A stretch of DNA of 64,000 nucleotides from Catajapyx aquilonaris (Eukaryota): assembly GCA_000934665.2 (NCBI GenBank), contig JYFJ02000399.1, positions 1 through 64,000 of the forward strand, read 5' to 3'. Shown here one piece after another: positions 23,224 to 38,700 of the stretch. The position numbers and the translations under genes are program-made. Within the stretch, counting starts at the first letter, position 1; each line of letters starts with the position of its first letter. The notes beneath the pieces are model-generated. The model had not been told where the DNA came from and ran no database searches. It saw nothing but the letters and a program-made list of their open reading frames with translations.

Positions 23224-25995
23224 GACTGAAAAATGTGTCGCGACCTGTCTGTGTGACAAAGCAGGAAAACATTGAACTGAAATCTTCAGAAGCGTCCAGA
23301 TTTATGCTCTACATTGTTTACAACTTTCGCTCAGAAATAGTCGCAAGGAAAGCGAGAGTGAGAGGACTTTTCAAGGGTAGCTGAAGGGTAAATATATTGT
23401 CGCAATAGGATAATCATTGTGGTGTAAAACCGTCATGAATCATATTCATCCCAAGTGGCATATATGAAATGTGTCTATGATGAATGATGATCTATATACC
23501 AAAAGCATCATCCGACTATGTCATAGAATTTCCTATTTTTAGATCATCACTGACGCATTCTGTCATTTACTTAATAATTAATAACTTGATTTGCGTCACT
23601 GACGAAACATGTGTCTTTTTCCTGGTCACTGCCGGAAGAAGATTCATTCATGGTTGGATACATCTTATGGCCAATTTTTCTTTAACGGACATTTCCTTAT
23701 ACAGGTAATGAGCCATCTGCGACGTGCAGACATCTGTGAGCCAACTGCCCAACTGAGTGTGTTGTCAGCTTTCTCTGACATCTGGAAGTTCAGGCTGGAA
23801 CTATGCGAACGGGCGGGAAACTTCATTGTTATATTGACTCCCTTTGATTGTAACCGAAAGCGAGTGAAAATCGTGAACTTCCATTGTTCATACTCCATTT
23901 CTCCTGTTCAACCTCACCCCCCCCCCCAATAAAAAAACGAAATTTAGTAATTATTTTATAACGTCACAACATGTGAAATACTCCTCAAATCCGCCTTAAA
24001 AACCCGAGACTGTAAATAACAAATCGTTTTATCTGTTTTTTAAAATTACATCTCAGCCGAATTGTCAATTCTTTCAATTACAATTAATTGTAATTACACT
24101 ATGTGTGTATGTCAATATGTTTACAAACATTATCAAGGACGTTAGAATTTTGTTATCATATTTAGTAAATAACAACTAAACGTTAATTACCACATGCAAC
24201 TAGATGAATAATAATAACACTCGTACTTATATGGACGCTCATGATACTTGAGTAATGAATAATTATAAGATCGTGGATTTGACCAATATTGAAAAAAAAA
24301 TCGGTATCTCATTTTTGCGTAACGAAAAGTTCAGTTAGAATCCTCTGGACGTTTTTTTTTTTCAATAAAAAAAAATCGAGGGCGTGAGAGTAAATGTAGC
24401 ACTAAAGGCGAAAGACGTGATTGTTCCCGAATGGAGAGGATTACCCTCCCCTCGACACCATACAAGTTACATGACGGAACCTCGGAAGGAGCTTCCTTTG
24501 TTTGAGCTTTTCTGCTCGATTTCACCCGGATAGCGTCAAATCCACGGGAACGTAGCAAAGAGAGAGAAAAAAAAAATGATACCGGCGTAAAATGTGTAAT
24601 GGTTGTGTCACACGGTGTAACAAGTATGAAGTGCTCGGATTTGAAAAAAAAAATAGTTGGTCGTGAGATAGTGGACCTATTTTTTCCCCCCAAATGTGAT
24701 CATGGTATGCTGTGAATAGAGTCGATTTTTTATATATATGAAAAGCTAGTTAGGCTACATCATATTATTTTATTACCCTTGAGGGCTGGGTTACCTTTGG
24801 GGAGGATAGAACAGAACTGATTAATATAATTTCAGTGTAATATTCAGCATAATTCATTAGAGTTTATTATGTGTAAAATTATCTAATATGATTGTAATAT
24901 TTATTACGTATAACTTGCAAATGAATAGCACTTGAAATAAAATTAATGAATAAAATTGTGTGCAGCATTATTTCACATTAGAGTGAGATATGTAACAGGA
25001 ATTAACTAAATGATGTAACGAAATAATTACCGTCATCCAACAAACTGTAGGCAATATTATTTTAAAATAATCGATTTCTGTTTGCTTAAAATGCCAATAT
25101 TTACACTTTTACGGGATGATCCAATTGAATCAATAATTTGGTTCTATAACCAGCTTATTTTTCATCAGTTACTTTTTTTTGGCTATTCGCTGCCAATACA
25201 AATAATTGCACCAAAAATGTATATCTCACATGACATTACTCATCAGTGACACAATGAATCTCATCGCAAATATGTGACCTTCTGAACTCCTTACACCAAT
25301 GGACCATACGTGTCCTTGTACCCATCGTCCTCCATATTACTATTTTATTCTTTTTTTTCTTTCTTTCTTTCTCTCCTTCTTTCTCTCTCCAATCCCCCCC
25401 TTCGACAAGGGTTCCTGTCCCCATTCCTGAAGAATACACACAAGGAAGAATCCAGGCCTTCCACCTGCACATGCTATTTTTGGACCCACAATGTAAGTTG
25501 GCGTCTCCGGAACCGAACGGATGCGACACTACCACCTTGACTAGTCCTTATTTCCTTCCCCTCAAGTACATTTATCCTTATTTGAACTAGGTACAAGCCC
25601 CACAAAATCGTGTCTAGAAGAAACGGAAGGTGGAAATACCAGCTAAAAGACACGTTACGAGGTGGGGGGAGAAAGCTTTCACTGATTTTTTTTCTCATTT
25701 AAAAATCAGGTGAGCTTCTTTTTTACCCTCACTTGGAGTAATTGAGTCCGTTGCGTGCTTTGGCTACGGTTACGACATAGGGAGTCACCACTCTGTCTGC
25801 CAGAATTTTTGCCAGGGGATTGCTTCAAAAATTTTTTTCTGCTTTGCAAACTGGATTTTTCAGGGTCATTGTCGTTCCGTTCATGGAAGACTGTGGATAA
25901 AATGTTAGAGTGTTGTAATATTTTATAGAAAATATAAATGATAATCAAAAGTCATACTGTAAAAGAGTTAGTCATAATATTGTGAGTGACACTGA

Positions 25996-26068
25996 GGGTG
26001 GAATTTCCGTTCCACTGATAGCTACTGCTAACTTAGCAGTGTGTAGCAGTGGGACGAAAATGCGACCC
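25996..26068. mobile_element. Tiny palindromic MITE (Harbinger/Tourist-like)
   Basis: GGGTGGAATTTCCGTTCCACTG ... CAGTGGGACGAAAATGCGACCC, flanked by TGA on both sides. Second copy at 55995-56086. Confidence 0.55.
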
Positions 26069-27779
26069 TGAATTTATTTTTAAATGAATTAACCTTGATC
26101 AGATTCGTTGAAATATTTCTGATGGATTGCAATCATTACATTAATATGAAGCAGACATGACTTTTGTATAGAAATTCCCTAACTGAATTTTTACGGCAAA
26201 GTATATAGCGATATGATATCATTTTAAAATTGATGATTACTTGCAAGGAACTATTTTTATGACTGTACAAAATTTACATTTACAGCTTTTACAGCATAAA
26301 TATTGATTTTAAACTGTAAAAAGGTTGGCAATGTAAATTTTGTAAGAAAAATCGTGAACATCATAAAAAGCAAAAAAAACATTAATTATTAATAATTAAA
26401 ATCCAGATGATTGTAAAAATCATATGTAGCTATTGCTTAGTTCATTTCTTAAATATCGAGGTTAATGATTTTTATTTTCAAAATTGGCTGAGTTGTTAAT
26501 AATATATTTTTCTAGGAAATTTCAAAATTGCACACAACTACGTAACTCTTTCGCAAGATGTCCTCGATTTGAAATCAGCCTATTTATGTGAAAGAGCTTG
26601 GACCACATTGTCGCAAACACATGAATTTTCATTAAAAGTTTCCCCAGTCCCGTACACTGCATTATTATTACCCCACATCGCATCGACAATATACAACGAA
26701 ACCCTTGCAAAACACTTGCTCTTGAAATTAGCCCAACAGTATTAATTAGTCGCTCTCCAACAATTAAAGCTCACCAGCCCCACTAAAGAAGCAGGAAATA
26801 AAAGGATCCGTCAGGGTGAAAACATTTTGGCACAACCTTGCATTGCTTTCCCACACACATTTTTTTTTGCATATAAAGCCAGGGCGTGGCCACACATGCC
26901 TGGAAGCGCCGTTTAGGAATGAATGGGTCAGTAGGCTATTGATGCAAGAAGCTTATTTCACGGAGGTGTCCACCTTTTTTGTTGCCATCGGGTGCAAGCT
27001 AACTCACCTGACCAAAAAAAAAAAAAAAAATCAAGCAGGTGGGTTGAAGCTGATAAGAGTTTTTTTTATTTATTTGGGAGCCTCATAACCCCTGAGGCTC
27101 TTGGTGGCTTCTCCTTTTTGAAACACCCCGTCCTGCCACGTCCACTTTCACAAAGGTTTGATTGCCAGATCGGTCCCGACAAAGATTAATTACAATTAGT
27201 AAGGCTAGTGAATTGAAGTGGGGGAGAAGGTTTGATAAATCTCTGTCGTTGGGCTGCCATTTTCTAAACAATGCAGGTTTTGTTATTCGTTACGTATGAT
27301 CGGACCTATGAGGATGTGCGCACCTTGCCTTAACCCCAATACCTCGGCATGGCAACCACTGTTTTCTGGCATAGTTCCCTTACATGACAGAACAGGTGTG
27401 TAGCCCTTCTTTTTTTTCATATCCGATAATTAGATGGCATGAAAACACGTCCACAATGCACACACCGTGTTCCAATTGAGGTGGCCGTTTTAGTTATTTT
27501 TTTTTGTATACGAACACTCTGCATATTGAACAGTTACTTTCAGGAAATACCATGTCAAAAATATTGCTTCACTCAAGATTAAATTGCAGTGAGTAATGTA
27601 GAAAGTGCAATAGTCTACTAAAAATTAATCCACACACACACACACATACTCACATATTATGTCTATGTGAATATCCATAAAAGTTGGTTGGTCTGGCCTT
27701 AGTAGGCCTACAGGACAAAAATTATTTGAACTTTACACACCTGCCTCTTTCAATAAATAAAGAAAGAAAGAAATAATAT

Positions 27780-27812
27780 TTATTTATGTATGTATGTATG
27801 TATGTTATGTAT

Positions 27813-27847
<35 letters not shown>

Positions 27848-28010
27848 TTTTCATTACCCCGTAGTAAATCGGAGCTCTTTTGGGGGGACATTTAATAAAT
27901 AAATAATACTGACTATAATTAATTAATAATACTGACTATAATAAATAATACTGACTATAATTAATAAATAATACTGACTATAATAAACAAATAATACTGA
28001 AATAATAAAG
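27780..28010. repeat. (TATG)n/(TTTA)n microsatellites plus AATAATACTGACTATAA minisatellite
   Basis: Directly visible tandem units. Confidence 0.85.
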
Positions 28011-28222
28011 ACACTGTATAAAATAATTTTAAGCATAAAATTTACATAAATGAAATAGAACAAAATAAAACAAAAATATACAAATATATAAAGTAAATAA
28101 TAAGCCAAAATAATATAAATTAGGCAAAATTAAAGAATAAATAAATAGAATAATTAAAGGGAATAACTATACTAGTATTAAATAACTGAATAAAAATTAA
28201 AGCAGAATAAATAGATAAATGC

Positions 28223-28362
28223 TCTATTATTATAAAAGGCACAGTGTGTTTGTTTGCTCGTTTGCTTTCTTACTTGCTTGTCCAGGTTTGGTTACCATGG
28301 CATAAATCCGTATCTCCACAATATTATTATTTGTCTGAGCGAAGAAAGGGTTCTGCTGCTAG
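28223..28362 (+). mobile_element. Short Helitron-like element
   Basis: 5' TCTATTATTATAAAAGGC, (GTTT/GCTT)n tract, GTCCAGGTT.GGTTACCATGG, 3' GCGAAG...GCTGCTAG. Related 5' fragments at 51174-51206 and 55819-55888. Confidence 0.55.
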
Positions 28363-28381
28363 CAGTGAATCAAAACGAAAG

Positions 28382-28382
<1 letters not shown>

Positions 28383-28432
<50 letters not shown>
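28383..28432. repeat. (AAT)n microsatellite
   Basis: Perfect run. Confidence 0.95.
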
Positions 28433-31400
28433 TAAAATAAATAGCAGCAATAATTTTTGATGTTATAAATGTAGGTTCCACAGCTGAATCGGACCACTCT
28501 GTTCATGTCACTTGACACATATTGTGTTAGATTAAAACCGGGGCCCCTCCACACCCCTGCAGGTCAGACCTACTTAGAACGGGATGGCCATATCTCGGGC
28601 ATTATTTTGAACCGGCCAGCTTGCAACCGCATTATCGCATTAGCCGCACCGCACTCGGGAAAAGTCATGATCCTCCTTTTATGAGAGTGTGGTCACTTTA
28701 GTTTGCTGATGGAGTGATTCCGGTGGGAGGATCGCTCTTTTTATCTCTTGGGTGTATATAAGCTCAACCCCCTGGAATGCTGCCCCTTGCCGTGTGTGTT
28801 GCCATATTCAGGGCTCATCCTTCTGGAAGGAAGGTTCTGTGTCAAGTGGAACTACCGTTATGCGGTTCTGTTTATGCAGTGTCATTGTCAACCCCAGCCA
28901 ACTTGGTCCACGCCCATTGGCTGACAGCTCATGGCAGACTCTGTATGTTCTCTAAATGCTCTCGTCACTTCCTCTGAACAAGAAAAGGAGTTGAGAGCAC
29001 AGCAAGGAGAGAAGGGTGCGCACGACCGGAAATATTCGTTTTGTTCTTCTCCGCCGGTTGTTTTTCAGGATGTTTCTCTCTCCCTGGCTCCGGAATAGAG
29101 ATAAGAGGACAATGGCCATGCAAAAGGGCCGAGAGTTCACCTCTCGTTTTTTTATTTTTTTTATTTTTTGGAGAAGGAAATTGCATTTTCTTCCGTGTAG
29201 ACAGGGTCTTTTTTTGGAAGGATATGACTGTTTTCTGGCTTGTAATTATTGCTGTCCAGGATATAACTAGGTCGCGCATTATTTGACAAGGTAACTACAA
29301 CAATGATGATGATGATGGCACTGCCTGTAACAAAAAGACATCATATCCATCCAATCTTTTATAATAAAAGGGGAAGTCGACAATAAAGGTCATACTAATT
29401 AATTGGTGTACGGTAACAGAAAGTCAAAGCAGCACACAGGATTAAGTGACATTAAACAAAGAAACAATAAATAAATAAATAATTCAATAGATAAATAATC
29501 AATATCCACTGCCCTAAAGGTAGTGGAATGTGAACAATATACATCATGAATGGCATTATTGTGTCATGCTTAAGAATTAAATAATTAGGAAAAATCTGTT
29601 TGAGAGAGAACCTAAAATATTATCCTTAAATGTTTTAAATATATAAATTACAGTACATATTTGACGTAATGAAATAACAACTTGGTTTACATCAGCTCAG
29701 CAGACACAAGTAGGTAGGTAGGTAGAATGATGACGTGTCGGGTTACTAAACGATGCTTGTATGTCCCACATACTCGTTTTACGGCCAGTTTCACCAACTA
29801 GTCACTTTAGGCATCTGATATTAAACAGATTAAATATTTACTAATATTGCTGCCATCTTCAAATAACATCTGTTTAATTACTAGGTTTTAAACTGGTGCA
29901 ACAAGTTCATTACGACAGGTTTCAATGTAGTCTATACGGGGATATTTTTGTATCTGAACCGAGTGATGACTTGTCTGTCACGACTCCATTCAGTGCGAAT
30001 GTAGCCCACCCCCTGACTTTTGACTCATTCTCTGCAGGGTCCTCACTTGGGGGAGTCTGCCTTCCGTACGTGCAGCTTGGTCATCGCATAGAAACCCCAA
30101 CAATAGCCACCCCTAATATAGTCATAACTTCCACGTCTAGAACACGGAGATTTTGAGCAAACAAAAATTCAAATGGGCAAAAATGCCTAACCCCGCCGCA
30201 TTCACTGAAGTTGCTTCTAGGAATTCACAACTAATTCAATTTGTGCACCACCCTGTACACGTAATTGCATACCAGCAATTTTAAACTAATTAAAAAAGCC
30301 GGGACCCCCGCAATGTTTACCTAATTTCAGATTCCGTAAGTTTCACTATGTTTTCCTCTCTTTTTCCCTTGCTAATTATTTCACTCTTCACTTTCCCCCC
30401 TTACAATAAATTGCATTTTAGCAGCTTTCCACGCATCTTTTTGCACAATGGATTCCGGCGAAAAAAACAGCGATCCGCTATCATCTTTCCACGAGTACAA
30501 ACCTGCAACTACAACATTGTAATAACACCACAGTGCACACGAAAAGATTCATCTCATTCCTGCACGAAAAAATGCATTTTAAATGATTCACTTTTTACAT
30601 GTCGACAATTGTCTCGTTGGATTATTTAACTACTCATCAACTACGAGTCCATTGTGGAATTATTCACAGCCAAATGTCAAGTGAAACAGTTTTTTCAATA
30701 TACAGTATAAAAGGACAAAGAAGTCGCCTCCCTCCAACCCAATAGTCACGAGCGTCGTCATGGGGTCAAAGACTCGTGTTGTTTCAGTTTCATCTTCACC
30801 GTGTACACACACTTATCCGCTTTCAGTCCCATCTTCTCTCTCATCCAAAACGTTGCATTATTATTTGTTGTACAGTCCAACTTTCTCCAAGGGTAGGCCA
30901 CGAGAAGTTCTTGTGTTCATCGGTAGCCAGCGAGTCATAATCCCGGCGGCCATTTTCACCTGCAGAACTGACCAGTCCCAGCTGTGCGACCCTTCGATTG
31001 ACCTTTCACCTTCACCCCGTTGCCTTGGACTGCCTCTCACCATTTGGGGCCATGAGGCCAACGGATGACCCTTAGGAAGAGAGTGAAAACTAGCTGGGCC
31101 TAGCCACATGGCATTTTTGGCCCTGGCTTGAGAATAAGACGCCAAAAATGCCACCATTTTGCGGCTTGCACCAAATTTTTCCGTGAAAAAAATGGGAGCG
31201 TGTGCTACAGGCGACTATAAAAAAGTGCTAAAAAACCAGACGTCTCAAAAACAAGAAAGTTTTTCTCTCGTCGTCTTCCCTTTCACTTTCAAGGGCACTC
31301 ACCGTTTCTTGAAAGAAGCTTCCCAATCAGCAACTTGTGTGATTACTCGCTCTACCTTGGGGCAACAATAGTGGTTACAACATTGGATTTTTCCGGTAGA

Positions 31401-34400
31401 TACAATGTAACAGCTTCTCTATTTTTTGTGACATGTTCGTACCATGCATTTGACCTGATTCTTCAAAAAGTAATTGAAGTTACATGCTGCAATGTTATTG
31501 ATGTTGGATGAAAGGGATATTTTTTTGCACATTAGATTAGCCTAGTAATAAATTAGGAACCATTTTTAGCATCGTCTTGCGTCCAACTTTCTAGACACCA
31601 TGCTAAATCCTCAATTGGTACGTCCCATAACATTGACCCGCTGACACCGATGCCCTGATTATTTTGGCAACAATGCGGAATCTGCTGGGTGTGGGACACC
31701 AAGTGGCACACACCCTTTTAAGTTCCTCATATGCATATGAACTAACACTATACTCCTCTATAGGGGGCTAAAATAGGTTTCAATTTCATTTCGGTTTTTG
31801 TGGTCCACCTCGTACACACACACACACCGCGGGCACTTTACTTTCCCAGACTCCGAGGGCTCCTCAAGCTTCTGTCTGGCCAACAATGGGCTCAACAGTT
31901 CACTGACACTGCCCACCTGCGAAAATCTCCGAAGGTGCTTAGGCCTCGCCTCCTTTGGAGAAAGGGCCCTCTTTGGATGCTGCCGCTTCATTTTGTATCC
32001 AGCTTTTCCTTCTCTCTCTCTTAGGCGCGTTTAGGTGCGTAAATCGTAGTAAAAATAGCGACCGGACGTTTATAGTAATCTGATGCAACAGAGCTAGTTA
32101 ATATTAGAAAATGGGCAAAGTGTATGCAAATTTTCCAGAGAAAATTTTTCCGGGAGGCACAACTCTCAGGTCACAATTTTTAAAACAAAAGTAAGGGTCA
32201 CATTTTTAGGGAGGGTGAAAATAACGCCTTTTATAAATCGGTGTGCTACTCACCCCAAGAGGTCGAGTCGTGCTTTTCTCGTCGGCGGAGGTTCGTTCTG
32301 GAAAGAAAAAAAGAAGACGTGTCATAAGTGCATTGTACCACATACGTGTCAGACGGATCGTTTAGATTTGGATTGTGCCATTAGAAGACTTTGCCGCCAA
32401 TAGACTTTGTACCCTCAATACTACAAGAATAAGCAGAGTGATGATGCCAACTATCTGTCACAATAGGGCGGTTCAGAAACGTGTTTATGAACCAGGAGTC
32501 CAATAGACACTTTCTATTACTTTGCATTTTAGCACAGGATATACTGTCTACTAAATAAGGCGAGGATTTTTTTTTTGGCAGTGCGTTGTTCCCTGTGGCA
32601 ATAGAATTAACGTTGCAATATGCTAAACGGTTTGCGATGTTATGGCATGCAAAAGTTTCCGACTGAACAGTGCTGTTGTTGCCAGCAAGTCAGGAGAGTT
32701 GCTTGCATAAATTTTCGTGGTTAATGGGCTGCTGTCCAAACAGTAGTCGAAGGCAGGTAAAAACTTTCACGTGTGTAATGCCAAGTTGAAAACAAAATTG
32801 AGATTAAGCAGAAGTTGTAAAAATAACCAAATAAATGTTATAAAGAAAATAAATGGTTATAAAGAATCCAGGTTGAACCCTATCATTAGCGTGTAAAATG
32901 TAACAAGCTAATATCACAGTAATGAGCCCACAATCGCCAAAATCAACTAGAGCAATTTCGTATTAGAAACCCGAGGAAGTGCGCATCTTTCGCACAGACC
33001 ATGCAATTTTATCAAAAGATATATTCCATAATCTGAGCCAATTGTATGGCACCAAATAATAAAATTGTGACAAATATTATTAGTTTTCAGCATATATACT
33101 GACGTTAAAATAATGTAGACGTTGACGTAAATATTTCTTAGGTGCTGATTGTTTACCAATCAATTAATAATTTTATTAATTAAATTCAGGCTGTCAAAAC
33201 GCTACAAACAAAATTGAGCCCGTAATTATATCTGATAAAAACTTGCTCAGCATATGCACGCATACACGATCAAGTACTTTGTTATGTAAATAACTGACAA
33301 GTACAGTTTCACGCATCATCACTTAACCGAATGTAATTAACCAATTAAAGCTGCATGCACAATGGGTACAGAATGGGAACTTTGCTAATTAAAAAGAACA
33401 ATCAGGCCCTATTCTCCATTAGACAGGAAGATTTTGAGATTAGCGCCTTTTAGCCACTTCTTCTCTTTAAAATAATACTTCATTTAAAAATGTAAAGCGC
33501 GTTAAAATCGGTTGGTACAACCGGTCACACGCCACTACTAGTGCGATTCAAATGGTTCTTAAAATATCAGCATCTCTCCGAGTTGATTTCCCGGTCACAT
33601 CTTTGAGCGACCTTGATTTTCCTTGCTAAAATTTTCATCATAATCAGCACGTCCATAACGCACCATTATTCTGCACCAGTAACTTAACTGTATTTGGCCC
33701 CAAAAAAATGTGAGCATATCCTGCCCGACTTCTGCATTTTTAGACACTTATACTAGAAGGATTTTTCCAGCTGATTTTATCGCTATAAAAATAACTTTAA
33801 AGTTCATGAAGTCGCTGCTTTTTGCCCTTCCTTTTTCACAATGTCCAGGATGTGCTCTTATGGCAAGCTAGGTTACGTCCGATCTATGAATATCAGAAAG
33901 GGTTACATGATCTAACGGAATATGCTCAATGAACAAGAAGTCAAGAACCTAAATCCAGAAGGGTAGGAAAAAATAATATGGTTGGAGCCTGGAGGATTTT
34001 TTTAAAATATTTTAAACTAAAAATCAGATTAGTTACTGACTTTTGCAGCACTCAGATTATAATTCAGCTAATTTGTAACGACCACTTTTTTGTAGTTATT
34101 AAAAATAGCAGTTGCTAACATGTAATTGGCATGAAGGTCTTGCAATAAAATACTATATCGGTATAACTAATAAATGAAACAGATCAATTATTGCAATGTC
34201 TAAAAATTACTGCCACTCAATTTTGAATGTTACTGAACAAGCTAATATTTCATAATATAATCTATAAAAGTAACTCTTGGAAAGCAACTGGAAATGACTT
34301 CAAATCGTAGTAGATTTGTTCATTCTTGAGTTTTTTTTTTTTGCAAACGTGACATTTTAAAAATAAGTTTTCAGACATACTCCGCATTGTTGTTGGTGGA

Positions 34401-35517
34401 AGGAATTGCGAAATTCGGAGGGGGGGGGTAACCAAAACTGTCAGACAATTTCCCAAAAAATATTTCGACCACATTCTGGCAGGCCCTGTAACCCGCACGG
34501 ACATCGCCGCAACTTGCCACACGCCAAACAATCGCTCCAAAATTGAAGAAACGTCATCAAATGACATCAATTTTTGTCATTTTTATTTTTTTCAAAATTC
34601 AAAAGAGCGAGAATGCACATCATGTACCGTTCTGAAAATAATCCCCCAACTTTCTCCATAACTTCAAACCTCCTGCGTCTATAAACCCTAAAGAAAAAGA
34701 AGTGTCCCCAGCTCTCTAAATTGTCCTTGAAAAAGTCATGCTGAAGTAATTATTTTAGCATTTTAGTACACATATGCAATTGTATTTTTTTCTGCTCAGA
34801 ACTGGGAGGAGATAAACTGATGGCGGTTAAATTTTTTTTTTGTATAAGGCGAATGAAGAAGGAAGAGCAAGGGCGAAGGATGGTCGTATGAGGAAAGAGA
34901 AAGTGGGGAAGTGTGCCAGGCTCCGGTGATGGTGGTTCGTTTTCCATCTTCTTCCGAGGCACACCAACTCCCCCTCATGCCCAAAAAACCGACCGAGGCT
35001 GGCCACTTTACAAGAGTGGCCAGCCTCAAGTCAGAGACACAACTGTGACCAAGCCAGCCAAACAAAAAAAATATATTGGCTAATATTAGAAAAAATGGCC
35101 CCAGGGAGAGAAAGGAAGGAGGGTGTGGATTGAATGTGTGAAGAATATATTGGCATCGAATGGACAGTGTCCTATACGCCCTGGAGGACACCTTGGGTGG
35201 GCCCCCTTCGAGTTAGAAACGATTCAATCAGAAGCACACGTAACTTGGAAAAAAAAGGCTTTTGGTTTAGTTGATACTGTAATTGAGGTAGTTGGTGAAA
35301 GAAAAAGTTTCTCTAGTCATTGTGTTGGGGGGGATTGTTAACGCAGCCTCTTTTTTTTTACAGGGCTCACTTTTCAGCAGGGTTATATTACACCGGTGTT
35401 TGAAGTGCCACAATGTATTTTGATTACAGCTTGCTATAATAATAATATTTACAGGTTCCATTGTTGGAGGAAAACCTGTTGTTTACTACTGATGGAATAT
35501 AATGCCAAATTAGACAA

Positions 35518-35745
35518 AAATTTCACATTTATTCAGTCCTGTGAATTTGTAGTTAAAATTATGTCGTAAATGAAAGTGAGGGTAGAAAATATTAAATATT
35601 TGCCTCATATTGGCAATAAAAATTATTTAATCCACTTGATACACATTTTGTTGAAATCTATAGTAGAGTATTATGTCAATTTCACATTCATTTAGTCCTG
35701 CGAATTTGTAGTTAAAATTATGCGGTAAATGAAAGTGAGGGCAGA
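35518..35745. repeat. ~70-bp direct repeat x2
   Basis: AATTTCACATT.ATT.AGTCCTG.GAATTTGTAGTTAAAATTATG..GTAAATGAAAGTGAGGG at ~35519 and ~35678. Confidence 0.85.
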
Positions 35746-38700
35746 CATTAAATCTTATTTATCCTAAAAATTAATTAATTACTGACTGTATAGAGACATA
35801 AATTTTTTTGAAAAGAAATCATAGTAGACTCTATTAAAATTAGAGCAAAATTTTCAGAGCATTGCATTGGTGTGGTCTGGAAGGATGTAAGCTTGATTTA
35901 AGCTTTTCACTTCTGGAGTCTTGAATAAGCTGTTAAATTTTTCACAGGCTAAGTCGGTTAAGTTGGTTTAATTACATTTCCTTATCGGATTGTCTGGTGC
36001 ACTGTAAATGCATAAACTGCACTTAGTAAACACAATCTGCAAACATGCATCTCGCTTGCATTATTCTCACTATATTTTTGTTAATCTGAAGATAAAATTG
36101 GATTAAAAAAGGAAGCTACATGTAGGTCAATAGCACAACTAATGAGCTATAGTCGTCTGTACAGTACAGTACACTATCCGAGGACATTCCCCTCGTCTGT
36201 ACTCAACACCCTTTCATGAATTACGATAATAACAATGCCCGGAATTTATAGCCATCCTTAAGCAGCATAAAAAGAATCATCCGTTCGTGCATAACCGTCC
36301 AGGAAGCGGCAGCAAGCCATTCTGGACACTGCCAAATAGGGCTCGTTCGGCAACGTTCCAGCCTCATTTTATGGTCAACTCAGCTTCCTTCCAGACACGT
36401 AACACCATTTTTTTGTTTCTTTAAAAGCCGACATGCGCAGAATCAATTCGCAAACCTTCCGCAAAATGAAAAGTGTATTCGTGTTTACCATAAATTAAAA
36501 GGAAAGAATGAGCAAAAAAAATATATGAATGGCGATGCCCTCTTTTTTTCCTTCCAATGGACGGCCTTGACCTTCCTCCAAGAAGCTGTGGTGTGAAACG
36601 GAAGGAAAAGGAAAACTTGTAAAAGTTTCTGCTCCAAAGAGCACCCCATTGTCTGTACTTCCACCTGTAATTATTTCACTTAAAAAGGTGCTTCCACATA
36701 GGAAATTCACTGTCGCAACAGTTTGCGTCAAAAAAGTCAGGCAATGCCACAGGTTCCATTTAACCTTCTACCTCAGGAGGAAGAATCTTGTTGGCCTACA
36801 TGTATACCATCGGATTTAGTGGAGGTTGCATTTTCAGTAAAGCGGACAACTTACACACAACCACTTTCACTGCCAGGTATAGTTGGTCATCCACTTCTTG
36901 CGGTTGGGAAGGTGTCTCGAAATGCGGCAATAATCTTGGCTTGTCTTTTTGCTCACCCCTGTGCGGATTTCGCAATCATTTTCTTTTTGTAGTTGTATCG
37001 GTAGCGAATCTGCCCAAAACGTGCTGGGTGCGAATTTTTGCAGCGACTTCCTGGGAAAAACAACGATGCAAACACGCTTTCACAGGAATATTTCGCCCTC
37101 CATTGTGAATACAATAATTTTCAAAACCACAGGGCCCCGATTTTTTTTTCTCCTTAAGATGAGTCCAAACGATGATCTCTTCCAAGGACTTTTTAGCTAC
37201 AAAGAAGAAGAAGAGAAAAAAAACTTTAAAGAAGAAGCGCCTCTTGGAAAGCTAAAGCTTTCTCTCCAGTACGTCCATTTTCCCCAGGAAAAAAGACAGA
37301 GTTCCGCAGGTTGGGTTGCCAGTTCATGGGAAAGGTCGGCCAGTGAAAAACGATTGTGTCTCGCCTGACCTTTGACCCTTTCTGGGGGTAAGGGAGTGGA
37401 AGAAGAGTTAAGGTTCGCCACAACCTAACGAAAAGGAAGAAGACGCCCTCCGGAAACACATGCACAATAATCTAGGTGCCACTTGAGACACTCAACAATA
37501 GCTCGCGGAGACATTGGCTCAAAAGAGGACGCCAATAATGGGCGAGGTCGGGGAGACTTGAATGCTCAAAAGACTACAAAAGCCTCTGACTGTGTTAAGC
37601 ACCGTTTCGTGACTTATACGACTAGGAAGAACGGCTGAAGCAGTACGTCGAAAGTAATTTGCTTGAAATGTGCGTATAGCACGGAAGGCCTTAAACGGGA
37701 TGGGAAAAAAGATAATTAAAAAAGATACGATCGGAGAGGAAACCAGCCCAAAATTGGCGAGGTCATGTTTTTAGGGGCTGCCCTTGTTTAGACAATATGC
37801 TAACAACCCCTGTAAAATAGGTCAGACTGTGGCAAGGGCGTGGAGAATTTGGCAGAGGATGACAGCAATTATTAACTTTTGCTTTCTGTAACAATTTCAG
37901 GGCTTGAAATAATGCATTTGACTGTCCTTTGCCAACCTGAATAATTTTGAGTATTTTTTACTTTTGCTAACTCAACCCTATAGAGTGAATATTGATTTTT
38001 CTCCCATATTACTCGTTACGTTTTTAGCCATTTGTAAGTCAGTCTGACTGTTAGCATAATAGTTATTAAATTCGAGTATTGCTATATTCAGAGCAGCCTG
38101 TACCGTATATGGAAAGTTGAAAGATGTGATTTATAGAAGAAATTTTTAAAAAATCAATCGAAATTATTGGAGAGTAATTTGTTCCATATCTTAATCATTT
38201 TAAATAGTAGTCTCTTATGCGAGAATATTGGTCTTAAATATTTCTTTTTTCAAAATGTAACGTTAAGCCAAAGCGTTTTCAAACATATGATGATTCACTG
38301 TAAATAATGAGTGACTGGCTATAAGACAATATGTGTAAATTATTTTTGGATATTTTATGACTCATTTGAAGATTATGTAATCACACTCACTATTATTTAA
38401 AATAATTTTAGACTGATTTGATTGGAAATATGTATAAATAAATATAAATATAAGGAAATATAAGCAAAAATAAGTGAAAACCATAATATTAATTAAGCAG
38501 GTCAGGTCTTATCCTGCCCTTGTTTAGATCACATCCGAGCAGCATCTCCGTTTTGAAATAAAAAGAGGCCAGTCCGTTTCGTCCACTAAAAACGAAGTCG
38601 GATATACCCATCAGGCTACTGTGTCATAAAGTTGAGTCTAAGTATATGTGGGTTAGTACTCCGACCATATGTTCCAATGTGTTTCAGCTTATGGAACGCG

